In this document: piece after piece, positions 1 to 8,153 of the stretch
Position numbering within the stretch: position 1 is the first letter of the stretch
How the letters are laid out: the number at the start of each line of letters is the position of its first letter
Source: Armatimonadota bacterium
Lineage (GTDB): Bacteria > Armatimonadota > UBA5829 > DTLH01
Length of the DNA stretch: 11,539 nt
Assembly (NCBI GenBank): GCA_038207085.1
Contig: JBBRAE010000056.1
Coordinates: 1-11,539, forward strand
Direction: 5' to 3'
Program-made: the position numbers and the translations under genes
The notes under the pieces: generated by a model
Database searches by the model: none
Seen by the model: the letters and a program-made list of their open reading frames with translations, nothing else
Told to the model about the DNA's origin: nothing

Positions 1-152
1 TGATAAGCATCCGCAGTCGGAAACGCCTCCAACACGTCCGGAGCGAGCACGACAATGTTCGAGCCCTGCCTGTAGCGCTCGGCGTATTTGCCGCGAACTC
101 CGCCCTCAAGCTTGGGCATATTGTAATCCTCGCGGAGTTCAAATGTCCGCAC
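1..152 (-). CDS. BrnA-like small antitoxin-type protein, partial (runs off the window edge; possibly degenerate)
   Basis: Not in the ORF track. Manual translation from GTG at 152 gives VRTFELREDYNMPKLEGGVRGKYAERYRQGSNIVVLAPDVLEAFPTADAY. This resembles the 'ELRxEYD..GGVRGKY..RY..GTNLVLLDPDVAxAFP' proteins usually found after BrnT toxins. The start is uncertain. Confidence 0.6.
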   Translation of the reverse strand, partial: MRTFELREDYNMPKLEGGVRGKYAERYRQGSNIVVLAPDVLEAFPTADAY

Positions 153-185
153 CGGGTGAGACACCCGGCGCGATCGTACCTGCTG

Positions 186-1556
186 CTAGTTATTCAAACT
201 CGTAATCGGCGCGGGAATCCTCCCGCCCATCTGGACGAAGGCGGTAGACGCGCCGTTGGGAATCTCCATGATCGGGCTTTCGCCGAACAGTCCCCCAAAG
301 ACGGCCCGGTCGCCTGCTTTCTTCCCCGGAACCGGTATCACTCGCACTGAGGTCGTCTTTTTGTTGATGACGCCGATCGCGAGCTCGTCCATCGCAAGGG
401 CAGTGAGCGTGTCGGCGGTGGTGTCGCCGGGGAGGACTACCATATCAAGCCCCACGCTGCAGACTGCGGTCATGGCTTCGAGCTTTTCGATTGTGAGATG
501 ACCCTCCTCGGCGGCGCGAGCGAGGGCGGAGTCCTCGGCGACGGGAATAAACGCCCCTGAGAGGCCGCCGACCGAGCTTGAAGCGAACGATCCGCCTTTT
601 TTCACGGCGTCGTTTAGCATCGCAAGCGCCGCGGTCGTACCGGGGCCGCCGACTTTGGCGATTCCCATAGCCTCGAATATCTCACCGACACTGTCGCCGA
701 CCTCGGGGGTCGGAGCAAGGGAAAGGTCGACGATGCCGAACGTCGCGCCTACGGCACGCGCAACCTCTCGACCGATCAGCTCGCCACAGCGGGTCACTCG
801 AAACGCGGTGCTCTTTATCTCCTCGGCAATCGCGCCAAGGTCGCAGCGTCCCGGACCGCAGCGGATGCGCTCGATCGCTCGCTTTACGACACCCGGGCCG
901 CTTACCCCGATGTTGATCACCGTTTCAGGCTCGCCTATCCCCTTGTAGGCCCCCGACATAAAGGGGTTGTCCTCGGGCATATTGGCAAAAACCGAAAGCT
1001 TGCAGCAGCCGAAACCGTCGGCCTCGGCAGTCGCCTGGGCGATCTTCAGCCAAATGTCGCCGAGCAGCAGCAGAGCGTCGACGTTGATCCCTGCCTTGGT
1101 GCTCGCGGCGTTAACACTGGAGCAGATGTGGCGGGTCTTGGACAGCACCTCGGGGAGGCTTTCGATCAGCGCGCGGTCGGAGTTGCTCATCCCCTTCTGC
1201 ACAAGCGCCGTGTAGCCGCCGATGATGTCGATGCCGGTTTCGTCAGCCGCAGCGTCAAGCGCAAAGGCGAGCTGAAGCATTCCCTCCTGACCGTGACCGG
1301 CCATAACGTCGGCGATCGGACTCACCGCCACGCGCTTGTTGACGATCGGAATGCCGTAGCGCCTGCTGACCGACTGGCACGCCTTCACCATCGGGGCGGC
1401 GTGGCGGACGATCTTCTCGCGGACAAGGCGGCAGACGGTGTCGACGTTGCGGTCGGTGCAGTCGAAGAGGTCGACCCCCATCGTCACCGCGCGAACGTCG
1501 AGGTGCTCGTTTTGGAGCATTTCAATCGTTTGGAGAATCTGCTGCTGGCCGATCAT
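186..1556 (-). CDS. DUF711 / UPF0210 (PFL-like fold) family protein
   Basis: 456-aa ORF with family motifs LDVRAVTMG, GIPIVNKRVAVSP, FANMPEDNPFMSGA, GVSGPGVV, DLSLAPTP, VGGLSGAFIPV, KLEAMTAVCSVGLDM and GGRIPAP. Its start overlaps the upstream ACT gene stop. Confidence 0.93.
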   Translation of the reverse strand: MIGQQQILQTIEMLQNEHLDVRAVTMGVDLFDCTDRNVDTVCRLVREKIVRHAAPMVKACQSVSRRYGIPIVNKRVAVSPIADVMAGHGQEGMLQLAFALDAAADETGIDIIGGYTALVQKGMSNSDRALIESLPEVLSKTRHICSSVNAASTKAGINVDALLLLGDIWLKIAQATAEADGFGCCKLSVFANMPEDNPFMSGAYKGIGEPETVINIGVSGPGVVKRAIERIRCGPGRCDLGAIAEEIKSTAFRVTRCGELIGREVARAVGATFGIVDLSLAPTPEVGDSVGEIFEAMGIAKVGGPGTTAALAMLNDAVKKGGSFASSSVGGLSGAFIPVAEDSALARAAEEGHLTIEKLEAMTAVCSVGLDMVVLPGDTTADTLTALAMDELAIGVINKKTTSVRVIPVPGKKAGDRAVFGGLFGESPIMEIPNGASTAFVQMGGRIPAPITSLNN

Positions 1557-2125
1557 AGCGCTGTCCTTTCAAAATCGATTATGGAGCGAACGTCGCTTGT
1601 CGCCCGGAAGATGTTCTCGTGCTGGAGGTGGACGACCAGGCCAAACTCCCCTCCCACCGCCTCAAGGCCGGTCTGGACCTCCTCGACATCGACCCCGGAC
1701 GGGATCGACACCTGCGCGAGCATGAGGAGCACACCGTCGTGGACGTAGGAGTAGAAGTCCTCGACGTTGATCCCGCGCTCGGCGAGGTAGGTGGTGGTGC
1801 GGGCGATGATCCCCTTCTGGTCCCGGCCCTGCATGCTAAGCGTGAACCGATCAGAGGCGCACGACTCGCAGGGGACGGCTTCGGCGTAGGGCCGAACGCT
1901 CACCTCAAACTCGCCGACCTCCCCTTTTCGCTCGACCGCCTGACGGATTTCAAGTTGGGTGCGCTCGTCTGGGGCTTCAACGGAGATGATGAGTGTGAAA
2001 TATCCGCGCATAACCGTCTGGTTCAGATGCGTAATGTTGCCGCCGATACCCGCAAGCGCCGAGCTCACGTCGCGGACGATCCCTACCCGGTCCTGCGCCA
2101 TAACGGTCAGAATATAGTCTTTCAT
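1553..2125 (-). CDS. Tandem ACT-domain protein (GcvR-like / UPF0237-related)
   Basis: Two ACT repeats (LTVMAQDRVGIV; LSMQGRDQKGII) and a C-terminal QHENIF motif. ATG at 2125 follows a GGAGG ribosome-binding site, so it is preferred over the track start at 2155. This is the usual partner of DUF711 genes. Confidence 0.88.
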   Translation of the reverse strand: MKDYILTVMAQDRVGIVRDVSSALAGIGGNITHLNQTVMRGYFTLIISVEAPDERTQLEIRQAVERKGEVGEFEVSVRPYAEAVPCESCASDRFTLSMQGRDQKGIIARTTTYLAERGINVEDFYSYVHDGVLLMLAQVSIPSGVDVEEVQTGLEAVGGEFGLVVHLQHENIFRATSDVRSIIDFERTAL

Positions 2126-2153
2126 TGGTCCTCCAGGGTGTCTTCTACGACAC

Positions 2154-2162
2154 ATTTTAGCA
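2154..2162 (-). promoter_or_regulatory. Putative extended -10 element (TGCTAAAAT) for the ACT-DUF711 operon
   Basis: Matches TGnTAnnnT about 30 nt upstream of the ATG at 2125. Confidence 0.45.
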
Positions 2163-2193
2163 GAACCGAGCCCACTTGGGTATGATTAGGCTG

Positions 2194-2475
2194 ATGAACA
2201 GCGCCGAGATCCACTTTTTGACCAAGTTACTACAGTCGGCGATGGCCCTTCTTATCGTGCTCGACCCGCTTGGGCTATTGCCACTCGTGGTCGCCATAAC
2301 CCGCCAGATGAGCGACACCGAGCGCCGCCTGGTCATCCGCCGCTCGATACTGACGGGGTTCGCGCTGCTCCTCATCTTCACCTTCGCCGGAAGCTGAATA
2401 CTGCTTGCAGCAATCGCGGTAGTCTACATCAGGGAGGGGGTTGTAGGGGTGGTTCGGGCGCTTGGGAAGGGGTAA
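2194..2475 (+). pseudogene. marC: MarC family membrane protein pseudogene (in-frame stop plus large internal deletion)
   Basis: The MarC N-terminal motif LLIVLDPLGLLP..ERRLVIRR is followed by TGA at 2395-2397. The same frame continues ILLAAIAVVYIREGVVGVVRALGKG to TAA at 2473-2475, which resembles the MarC C-terminal helix. Alternative starts are at 2176 and 2182. Confidence 0.75.
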
Positions 2476-2492
2476 GCGCAGGCCTATGGTGG

Positions 2493-2721
2493 TTACCCCC
2501 GCAGAAGCTCGACAAATTCTGTGACGGTGATCCCGGAGTCTCTTGCAATTCCACGCAGGGTTCCGGGGTCAAGTTCCTTGTGCAACGGAATAGACATGAT
2601 TGGCCTGTTTTCCCGCTTTGATGAGCACTACGTGACTTCCTCGCTGACGCGCCATAACCCAGCCTGCGCGCTCAAAGGCTTTGATCGCGTCGGCACCTGA
2701 AACCACCGGAAGTCTCGTCAT
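2493..2721 (-). pseudogene. hicA: HicA family toxin, frameshifted
   Basis: Translation gives MTRLPVVSGADAIKAFERAGWVMARQRGSHVVLIKAG. After one extra base in GGGAAAAC (2607-2614) it continues NRPIMSIPLHKELDPGTLRGIARDSGITVTEFVELLRG*. The GSH motif is present. The span is 229 nt (3n+1), and the start overlaps the hicB stop (ATGA). Confidence 0.85.
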
Positions 2722-2927
2722 ATCTGAACGGCTACGATCTCAGAGGCGCTCGGCAGTTCTCTCGTGCGCTTTTCCTGCTCGACTTCCAACCAGAGCGCGG
2801 CAGCTTCCTTCGCGTTTTCGACGGCTTCATCTCTGGTGTTGCCTTGTGACCAGCACCCTTTGAGCGCAGGAACCCGCGTCACGAAGTAACCGGCTTCCCC
2901 TCTTCTTACAACGATTTTTATTTCCAT
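2718..2927 (-). CDS. hicB: HicB family antitoxin (short, partial RNase H-like domain only)
   Basis: 69 aa from ATG at 2927 with a GGAG ribosome-binding site. Motif GYFVTRVPALKGCWSQGNTRDEAVENAKEA. Confidence 0.88.
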   Translation of the reverse strand: MEIKIVVRRGEAGYFVTRVPALKGCWSQGNTRDEAVENAKEAAALWLEVEQEKRTRELPSASEIVAVQI

Positions 2928-2954
2928 ACAGGTACTCCAATGACTATTAGTTAC

Positions 2955-2963
2955 ATGATACCA
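2955..2963 (-). promoter_or_regulatory. Putative extended -10 element (TGGTATCAT) for hicBA
   Basis: Matches TGnTAnnnT about 28 nt upstream of the hicB ATG. Confidence 0.4.
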
Positions 2964-2986
2964 CACGTGCGGGACTCACGACGCAC

Positions 2987-3028
2987 ACCCTAACAGAGCA
3001 TTATTCGCTTCACGAATAATGCGGGCTA
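2987..3028. repeat. REP-like palindrome, family copy 1
   Basis: GCATTATTCG-cttca-CGAATAATGC (2998-3022) is preceded by ACCCTAAC and followed by GGGCTA. It is homologous to the hairpins at 8154-8234. Confidence 0.7.
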
Positions 3029-3301
3029 ATGCTTCACCCGAATATCCCAAAACTCTTCTGTCGCTGTGACGTAGGTTGCAACCACTTCTCGGACGAACGC
3101 GCCCGCCGGTCCTCGTTTCAAGAGCTCGGCGAATTGGCGCAGGTTGTCATCGTCACCCTCTGCGACTACTTTGACGTTGCCGTCGGGCATGTTCTGAACG
3201 TAGCCCGTTAGGCCGAGCGCTTCTGCCCGCTGGATCGCCCAGAAGCGGTAGCCGACCCCCTGCACCGTCCCCATGACTACCGCTACCAGCCGCTTTTTCA
3301 C
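3026..3301 (-). CDS. acyP: Acylphosphatase
   Basis: Signature motifs [20 protein letters not shown] and GPAGA. The GTG start overlaps the kdsA stop. Confidence 0.95.
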   Translation of the reverse strand: MKKRLVAVVMGTVQGVGYRFWAIQRAEALGLTGYVQNMPDGNVKVVAEGDDDNLRQFAELLKRGPAGAFVREVVATYVTATEEFWDIRVKH

Positions 3302-4128
3302 TGTTTCTGCCCCAAAACGGCCTTTTCGACCGATTTTGCCATTGCAAGAATGCCGGGAAGGTCGGACAGCGCTAGCATCGACGCTGCATCCGAGTGGGCC
3401 TTCTCAGGCTCGGGGTGGACTTCAAGGAATAGCGCGTCGATCCCAACCGCGACAGCCGCGCGGACGAGATGCGGGATGAACTCCCTCGCGCCGCCGGATG
3501 CGTTCCCCTGGCCGCCCGGACGCTGCACGCTGTGGGTTGCGTCAAAGATAACGGGGTAGCCAAAATCGCGCATAATGGGAAGCGAGCACATATCGACCAC
3601 GAGCGTGTTGTAGCCAAACGACACGCCGCGCTCGGTGAGCATCAGGTTCTCATTGCCGGTGCTCTCGATCTTGCCGACGACGTTTTTCATGTCCCAGGGA
3701 GCAAGAAACTGGCCCTTTTTCACATTGATCGGCTTGCCTGTCTCGGCGGCTGTGACGAGCAGATCGGTCTGTCGGCACAAGAAGGCCGGAATTTGCAAAA
3801 TATCTACAACCTCTGCGGCGGGCTCGACGTGGCAGCACTCGTGGACATCGGTCAACACGGGCACGCCGACTCGCTTTTTTACTTCGGCCAGGATTTCAAG
3901 CCCCCGCTCCATCCCAGGACCTCTTCTGCCTGAGACAGCGGTGCGGTTGGCCTTGTCAAACGAGGCCTTAAATATGTAAGGAATACCGATCCCTTCTGCG
4001 GTGTCACGCGCGACGGTCGCGATCTCAAGGCAAAGATCAAGCGACTCGATCACGCACGGCCCGGCGATCAGCACAAGCGGGAGGCTCCCGCCTATCTCAA
4101 CGTTTCCGACTTTGACGATTCTGGTCAT
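3298..4128 (-). CDS. kdsA: KDO-8-phosphate synthase (3-deoxy-8-phosphooctulonate synthase)
   Basis: Motifs [51 protein letters not shown] and FDATHSVQ. The Cys in GPC fits the metal-dependent class. ATG at 4128 has GGAG upstream; 4140 is an alternative start. Confidence 0.97.
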   Translation of the reverse strand: MTRIVKVGNVEIGGSLPLVLIAGPCVIESLDLCLEIATVARDTAEGIGIPYIFKASFDKANRTAVSGRRGPGMERGLEILAEVKKRVGVPVLTDVHECCHVEPAAEVVDILQIPAFLCRQTDLLVTAAETGKPINVKKGQFLAPWDMKNVVGKIESTGNENLMLTERGVSFGYNTLVVDMCSLPIMRDFGYPVIFDATHSVQRPGGQGNASGGAREFIPHLVRAAVAVGIDALFLEVHPEPEKAHSDAASMLALSDLPGILAMAKSVEKAVLGQKQ

Positions 4129-4157
4129 CTGATTCTCCATAACTGTTAATCCTGATG

Positions 4158-4166
4158 ATTATAGCA
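4158..4166 (-). promoter_or_regulatory. Extended -10 element (TGCTATAAT) for kdsA-acyP
   Basis: Perfect TGnTATAAT about 30 nt upstream of the ATG at 4128. Confidence 0.6.
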
Positions 4167-4173
4167 GAAATCG

Positions 4174-4198
4174 GGCAGGGTCGTCTCTGAAGCCTGCC
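4174..4198. repeat. Short GC hairpin, degenerate REP-like
   Basis: GGCAGG (4174-4179) pairs with CCTGCC (4193-4198) in the divergent intergenic region. Confidence 0.35.
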
Positions 4199-4237
4199 TA
4201 TTTGCGCCATTTTGGATTTCCCATATCACATCCTGCA

Positions 4238-4246
4238 TGTTATACT
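4238..4246 (+). promoter_or_regulatory. Putative extended -10 element (TGTTATACT) for cdaA-cdaR
   Basis: TGnTATACT overlaps the ORF-track start at 4237, which implies the real start lies downstream. Confidence 0.5.
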
Positions 4247-4317
4247 ATTCAGGAGAGTTTCTTATTAACGCTGGCCTGCCTTACCTATCGGCTGGTCACG
4301 GGTTTGCGGGAAGAGCA

Positions 4318-5187
4318 TTGAGATTTCTATCCGCGTGGTTGCAGGGGATGTTTGGTCCGGGGCAGTCCAGTTCGTTTGCGACCACTGTCGACATTATACT
4401 GGTATCCGTAGTCATCTACTGGGTTATCATGCTGGCCAAGCGCACCAGGGCGTCGTGGCACGTTATGTGGGGCCTGTTGATACTGGTCGTCACCGTGTCT
4501 GTGACCGAATGGCTGCACCTCTGGACCCTCAACTGGCTCCTTCAGACGCTTATCCCCCTCGGTCCGGTCGCTATCGTGATTTTGTTTTACCCTGAGCTGA
4601 GACACGCACTTGAGGACATCGGCCGCGTCGCCGGATGGGGCAGGAGCCTCACCAAAATGACCAACGAAGACGCCGGAAGCGTGATCAAGGAGATCGGCAC
4701 AGCCGCCGCGAGGATGTCGGCCAAGCAGGTCGGCGCGCTGATGGTGCTTGAGCGCGACGTGCAGCTCGACGATATAACCGCAAGCGGCACCGCGATCCAT
4801 GCGACCGTCTCAACCGAACTTCTTTGCACGATTTTTCACCCCGGAAGCGCTCTCCATGACGGAGCGGTGATCGTCCGCGGCAGCAGAATAGTGGCAGCCG
4901 GCTGCATTTTGCCCCTAAGCGACAGCGTTCACATCGGGACTATGATCCACACCCGCCACAAGGCGGCTATAGGAATGAGTGAAGTGAGCGACGCGGCTGT
5001 GGTCGTCGTAAGCGAAGAAACGGGGACGATCTCCCTTGCAATCGAGGGCAAACTCCACTCTGGCCTGAACGAAGAGACGCTTACCAAGTGGCTGAGAGGC
5101 ATATTCGGCGACGGCGATGACGATCAGAAATCCAACTTCAAGAAAACCGTGGATGACACGCTGCGGCGAGCGGGGCTGAGGTCGTAG
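4318..5187 (+). CDS. cdaA: Membrane diadenylate cyclase CdaA/DacA
   Basis: N-terminal hydrophobic helices, FYPELRHALE, GALMVLER, LHDGAVIV, HTRHKAAIGMSE and VVSEETGTIS. The start is uncertain (TTG 4318, ATG 4348, or the track start 4237). Confidence 0.95.
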   Translation: MRFLSAWLQGMFGPGQSSSFATTVDIILVSVVIYWVIMLAKRTRASWHVMWGLLILVVTVSVTEWLHLWTLNWLLQTLIPLGPVAIVILFYPELRHALEDIGRVAGWGRSLTKMTNEDAGSVIKEIGTAAARMSAKQVGALMVLERDVQLDDITASGTAIHATVSTELLCTIFHPGSALHDGAVIVRGSRIVAAGCILPLSDSVHIGTMIHTRHKAAIGMSEVSDAAVVVVSEETGTISLAIEGKLHSGLNEETLTKWLRGIFGDGDDDQKSNFKKTVDDTLRRAGLRS

Positions 5188-5190
5188 ACT

Positions 5191-6132
5191 ATGACGGGAA
5201 TACTGCTCAAAAACTGGCCCTACAAGATTTTTGCCGTGTTGATCGCCTTCACGATCTGGAGTCACGTCCAAAACGTGCGAAACCCCGTCACGGATGTCCC
5301 GGCCAAAGTGCCGGTCAAATATACCCATCTGCATAAGGGGTACGTGGCAAACGTCATCCCCGAAGAGATATTGGTGACGCTTCAGGGGCCAAAGCTTCAG
5401 GTCGACGAGATGAACATCAAAAAAGACATCATGGCGACAGTCGACCTCGCAAACCTTGACGTAGGCACACACCGGGTGCCGATAAAGATTGTTATCCCCG
5501 AAGAACGGCGCGACGGCGTCGCGGCGCTGTTTGACTCCAAGGACGTGGCGGTGACGATCGAGTCGGTCTCATCGCGCACGATCGGCATCGAGGTCAAGAT
5601 GAAAAGCCCGCCGCCGATCGGCTGGACGCTTAGCGACCCGACGATCCAGCCCAGCCGAGCTATCGTCTCAGGGAGAAGCAGCCTGGTCGACAGAGTCGCT
5701 CGCCTGGCCGTGACCACCGATGCGACACCGCTCAAGCCTTCGATCGACGACTACGTCCACATCAAAGCGCTTGACGCCCGGGGCAGGGAGATCGATGGGG
5801 TTAGGGTAGCGCCCGACGGCGCGCGTGTGGCGCTCAAGCTTGTTGAAGCCCCCGCAGGCAAATCGGTTTTTGTCAGCCCCACTGTTACCGGCCAGCCACA
5901 GTTCCCCTATCAGGTGACCAAGGTCAGCGTCACCCCCAACTCAGTGACGATCAAGGGGCGGCCTGAGAGCCTGGTGAACACGAGCACCCTCTCGACAGAC
6001 GAGGTCGATGTGACCGGCGCGACAGGCAACGTCGTCCGGCGCACAACGCTTCGAGTGCCCCCTGGGCTTGACATTGATGGGCCGCGCACGGTCAAGGTGA
6101 CGGTAAAGATCGAGTCCCTTCAGAACCGCTAG
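5191..6132 (+). CDS. cdaR: CdaR / YbbR-domain regulator of diadenylate cyclase
   Basis: N-terminal NWPYKIFAVLIAFTIW transmembrane anchor followed by about three beta-rich YbbR-like repeats (VTLQGP, AIVSGR, VTIKGR). It starts 3 nt after cdaA. Confidence 0.92.
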   Translation: MTGILLKNWPYKIFAVLIAFTIWSHVQNVRNPVTDVPAKVPVKYTHLHKGYVANVIPEEILVTLQGPKLQVDEMNIKKDIMATVDLANLDVGTHRVPIKIVIPEERRDGVAALFDSKDVAVTIESVSSRTIGIEVKMKSPPPIGWTLSDPTIQPSRAIVSGRSSLVDRVARLAVTTDATPLKPSIDDYVHIKALDARGREIDGVRVAPDGARVALKLVEAPAGKSVFVSPTVTGQPQFPYQVTKVSVTPNSVTIKGRPESLVNTSTLSTDEVDVTGATGNVVRRTTLRVPPGLDIDGPRTVKVTVKIESLQNR

Positions 6133-6138
6133 GATTTG

Positions 6139-6927
6139 TCATAGGGCAAGGGTGAGGCACTTTGCCGCCCCTCCCGCTTTCAGGAACTCGGAAAGCTCGG
6201 TCGTGACGCAGCTTAGGCCCCGGGCGGCAAGTGCGGCGCAGAGCCTTGGGGCACCCGTGTTCATCAAAACCCACTCGCCTATGACTACGGAGTTGCAGGC
6301 AAAGGTCGCCACTTCCTCGGGCGTAACCTCGATTGCGTCCGGGAACATACCACGGATCACTGTGAGCGAATACTGGTCAAACGCGCCGGGGTAATAGACA
6401 AGCGAGTCACCTACGGGCAAGAAACAGGTGTCGAGGTGATAAAACCGCTCATCGACTAGCCTGAGCGGCAGCACCTCCTCCCCGAGTATCTCCGAAACCG
6501 CCGCCAGAGCCGCGGGCGCGCTTCTATAGTAGTACGCGCCAAACCAGGTGTCCCCTGCGCGAAGAACGTCGCCCGCCCCTTCAAACTTGAGCGCGTCAGG
6601 AAGGGTCTCGACCACAAAACCGTGAGATGCAAACCAGCGCTCGAAGTGCTCCTCCTCGCCCTGGCGCTCCGGGTAACGGAAGCGCGAAGCGATAAACAGA
6701 TCACCCTTGATAAGCCCCGCGTTCGCAGTAAAAACCATATCCGGAAGCCCTGGCGCGGGGTTCACAAGCTCGATTTGGGTGTCGGGCATCTCCCCCAGCG
6801 TCTCATAGAGATTACCCCACTGAGCGGCTGCAAGCGCGTGATCGGCTGGGTGTTCGCGGCGCATCCAGGGGTTGATCTCGTACTCGATCCCGTAGTGGTC
6901 CGGCGGACACATCAGAAAGCGGCGCAT
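6139..6927 (-). CDS. Amidinotransferase-superfamily protein, arginine dihydrolase-like (ArgZ/AgrE N-terminal domain)
   Basis: Motifs FLMCPPDHY..INPWM, GLPDMVFTANAGL, FEGAGD, FYHLDTCF and EFLKAGGAAKCL, giving an intact Glu-His-Cys triad. A GGAGG ribosome-binding site lies inside the upstream gene. Confidence 0.88.
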   Translation of the reverse strand: MRRFLMCPPDHYGIEYEINPWMRREHPADHALAAAQWGNLYETLGEMPDTQIELVNPAPGLPDMVFTANAGLIKGDLFIASRFRYPERQGEEEHFERWFASHGFVVETLPDALKFEGAGDVLRAGDTWFGAYYYRSAPAALAAVSEILGEEVLPLRLVDERFYHLDTCFLPVGDSLVYYPGAFDQYSLTVIRGMFPDAIEVTPEEVATFACNSVVIGEWVLMNTGAPRLCAALAARGLSCVTTELSEFLKAGGAAKCLTLAL

Positions 6928-8147
6928 AGACCCTCCTCCCCAAGCATGCGGGCAAGTTCCTGCATGAAAAGCGCCGCGTCGGTTACGACACCTATCGCCT
7001 GGTGGGTGCCCCGGTCCGAGAGCTTGGTGACGACCGCGGGGTTGATGTCTACCGCGACGACCTCCACCTCCGCCGGGAGCATGTTCCCCGTCGCGACGGA
7101 GTGAAGCGTCGTCCCGACCATAAGCGCCAGCCCCACCCCGGGGATCTGCGCGCGCATCGCGTCCTGAGCCTCAAGCGTGTCGGTGATGACATCGGGGAGC
7201 GGGCCGTCGTCTCTGATCGAGCCCGCGAGCACGTAGGGGATGCCTGCGCGGACGCACTCGTACATTATGCCGCGGGTGATGATTCCACGGCGGACGGCCT
7301 CGGCGATGCTTCCGACGCCCCTCACCGTGTTCACCGCGCGCAGGTGATGTTCGTGGCCGTGCGCGGCGGGTTTGCCCTCTTTGACAGACACACCGAGCGA
7401 TGTCCCGTAGATCGCTGCCTCGATATCGTGGAGGGCAAGCGCGTTTCCTGCAAAGAGCAGGTCTATGCGGCCGCCCCGGATCATCCCCGCGACGGCTTCG
7501 GTCGAGCCCGCATGCACTACCGCCGGCCCGGCAACAAGGAGCACCCGTTTGCCTGCGCGCTTGGTTTCCGCGATCATCCGGGCGACAGCGGCAATCATCA
7601 CGGTCTTAGGCTTCTCGCTTGAAACGGCGCTTGCCATAAACTCAAAGACGCCCGCTTCCCGCGCCCGAGGCCTGGTCTCGACCCGAACACCTTCGTGGCC
7701 GACGACAACTGCGTCCCCGGCGCGCACGTGGTTCATCGGGGTCGTTACTGCGCGACCGTCAGCTACGACGATCCCGCAGTCCATCTCTATTCGCTCGACG
7801 GCGAGCCAACTGCCGTTGATACGAACGCGGGTAGGCAGGTTGGTCGTGCAGTAGAACCCGTCGGGGAAGACGCCATCGGCGGGCGCGGGCACAAACTGAG
7901 CGTCACCCTGATCCAGCCTGTTTGCCCCCTCGCGCTCGATATAGGCGAGCACCGATTCCAGAGTTGCCTGGTCGGGCGCACTCACTCTGATCTTCACAAC
8001 GCTCTGCTCGGCGCGCGTGCGGCCGATGGAGACGCTTTCAAACTCAAACTCCCCACCCTGCGCAAGGATCGCGTCAAGCACCCTCGGCAAGCTGAGTGAG
8101 TCGATGATATGGCCCTTTAGTTCAACTATCTCGGAAAACGCGTTCAT
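6912..8147 (-). CDS. TIGR00300 family protein (LOR/SDH-related; AgrE-type ornithine cyclodeaminase-like)
   Basis: Motifs ELKGHIIDSL, DGVFPDGFYCTTNLPT, EMDCGIV, FEFMASAVSSEKPK, GNALALHDIE, LAGSIRDDGPLP, LHSVATGNMLP and VDINPAVVTKLSDRG. Confidence 0.9.
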   Translation of the reverse strand: MNAFSEIVELKGHIIDSLSLPRVLDAILAQGGEFEFESVSIGRTRAEQSVVKIRVSAPDQATLESVLAYIEREGANRLDQGDAQFVPAPADGVFPDGFYCTTNLPTRVRINGSWLAVERIEMDCGIVVADGRAVTTPMNHVRAGDAVVVGHEGVRVETRPRAREAGVFEFMASAVSSEKPKTVMIAAVARMIAETKRAGKRVLLVAGPAVVHAGSTEAVAGMIRGGRIDLLFAGNALALHDIEAAIYGTSLGVSVKEGKPAAHGHEHHLRAVNTVRGVGSIAEAVRRGIITRGIMYECVRAGIPYVLAGSIRDDGPLPDVITDTLEAQDAMRAQIPGVGLALMVGTTLHSVATGNMLPAEVEVVAVDINPAVVTKLSDRGTHQAIGVVTDAALFMQELARMLGEEGLCAAF

Positions 8148-8153
8148 GTTTCT

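Noticed and set aside
2395..2397. TGA recoding (selenocysteine or Trp) in marC
   Set aside because: TGA serves as a normal stop in other genes of the window, and read-through would still give a protein missing about half of MarC.
156..8099. Many antisense or alternative-frame ORFs (e.g. 1128-1748, 1619-2185, 4915-5472, 7002-7622)
   Set aside because: They are shadows of well-supported genes in GC-rich DNA and show no family motifs.
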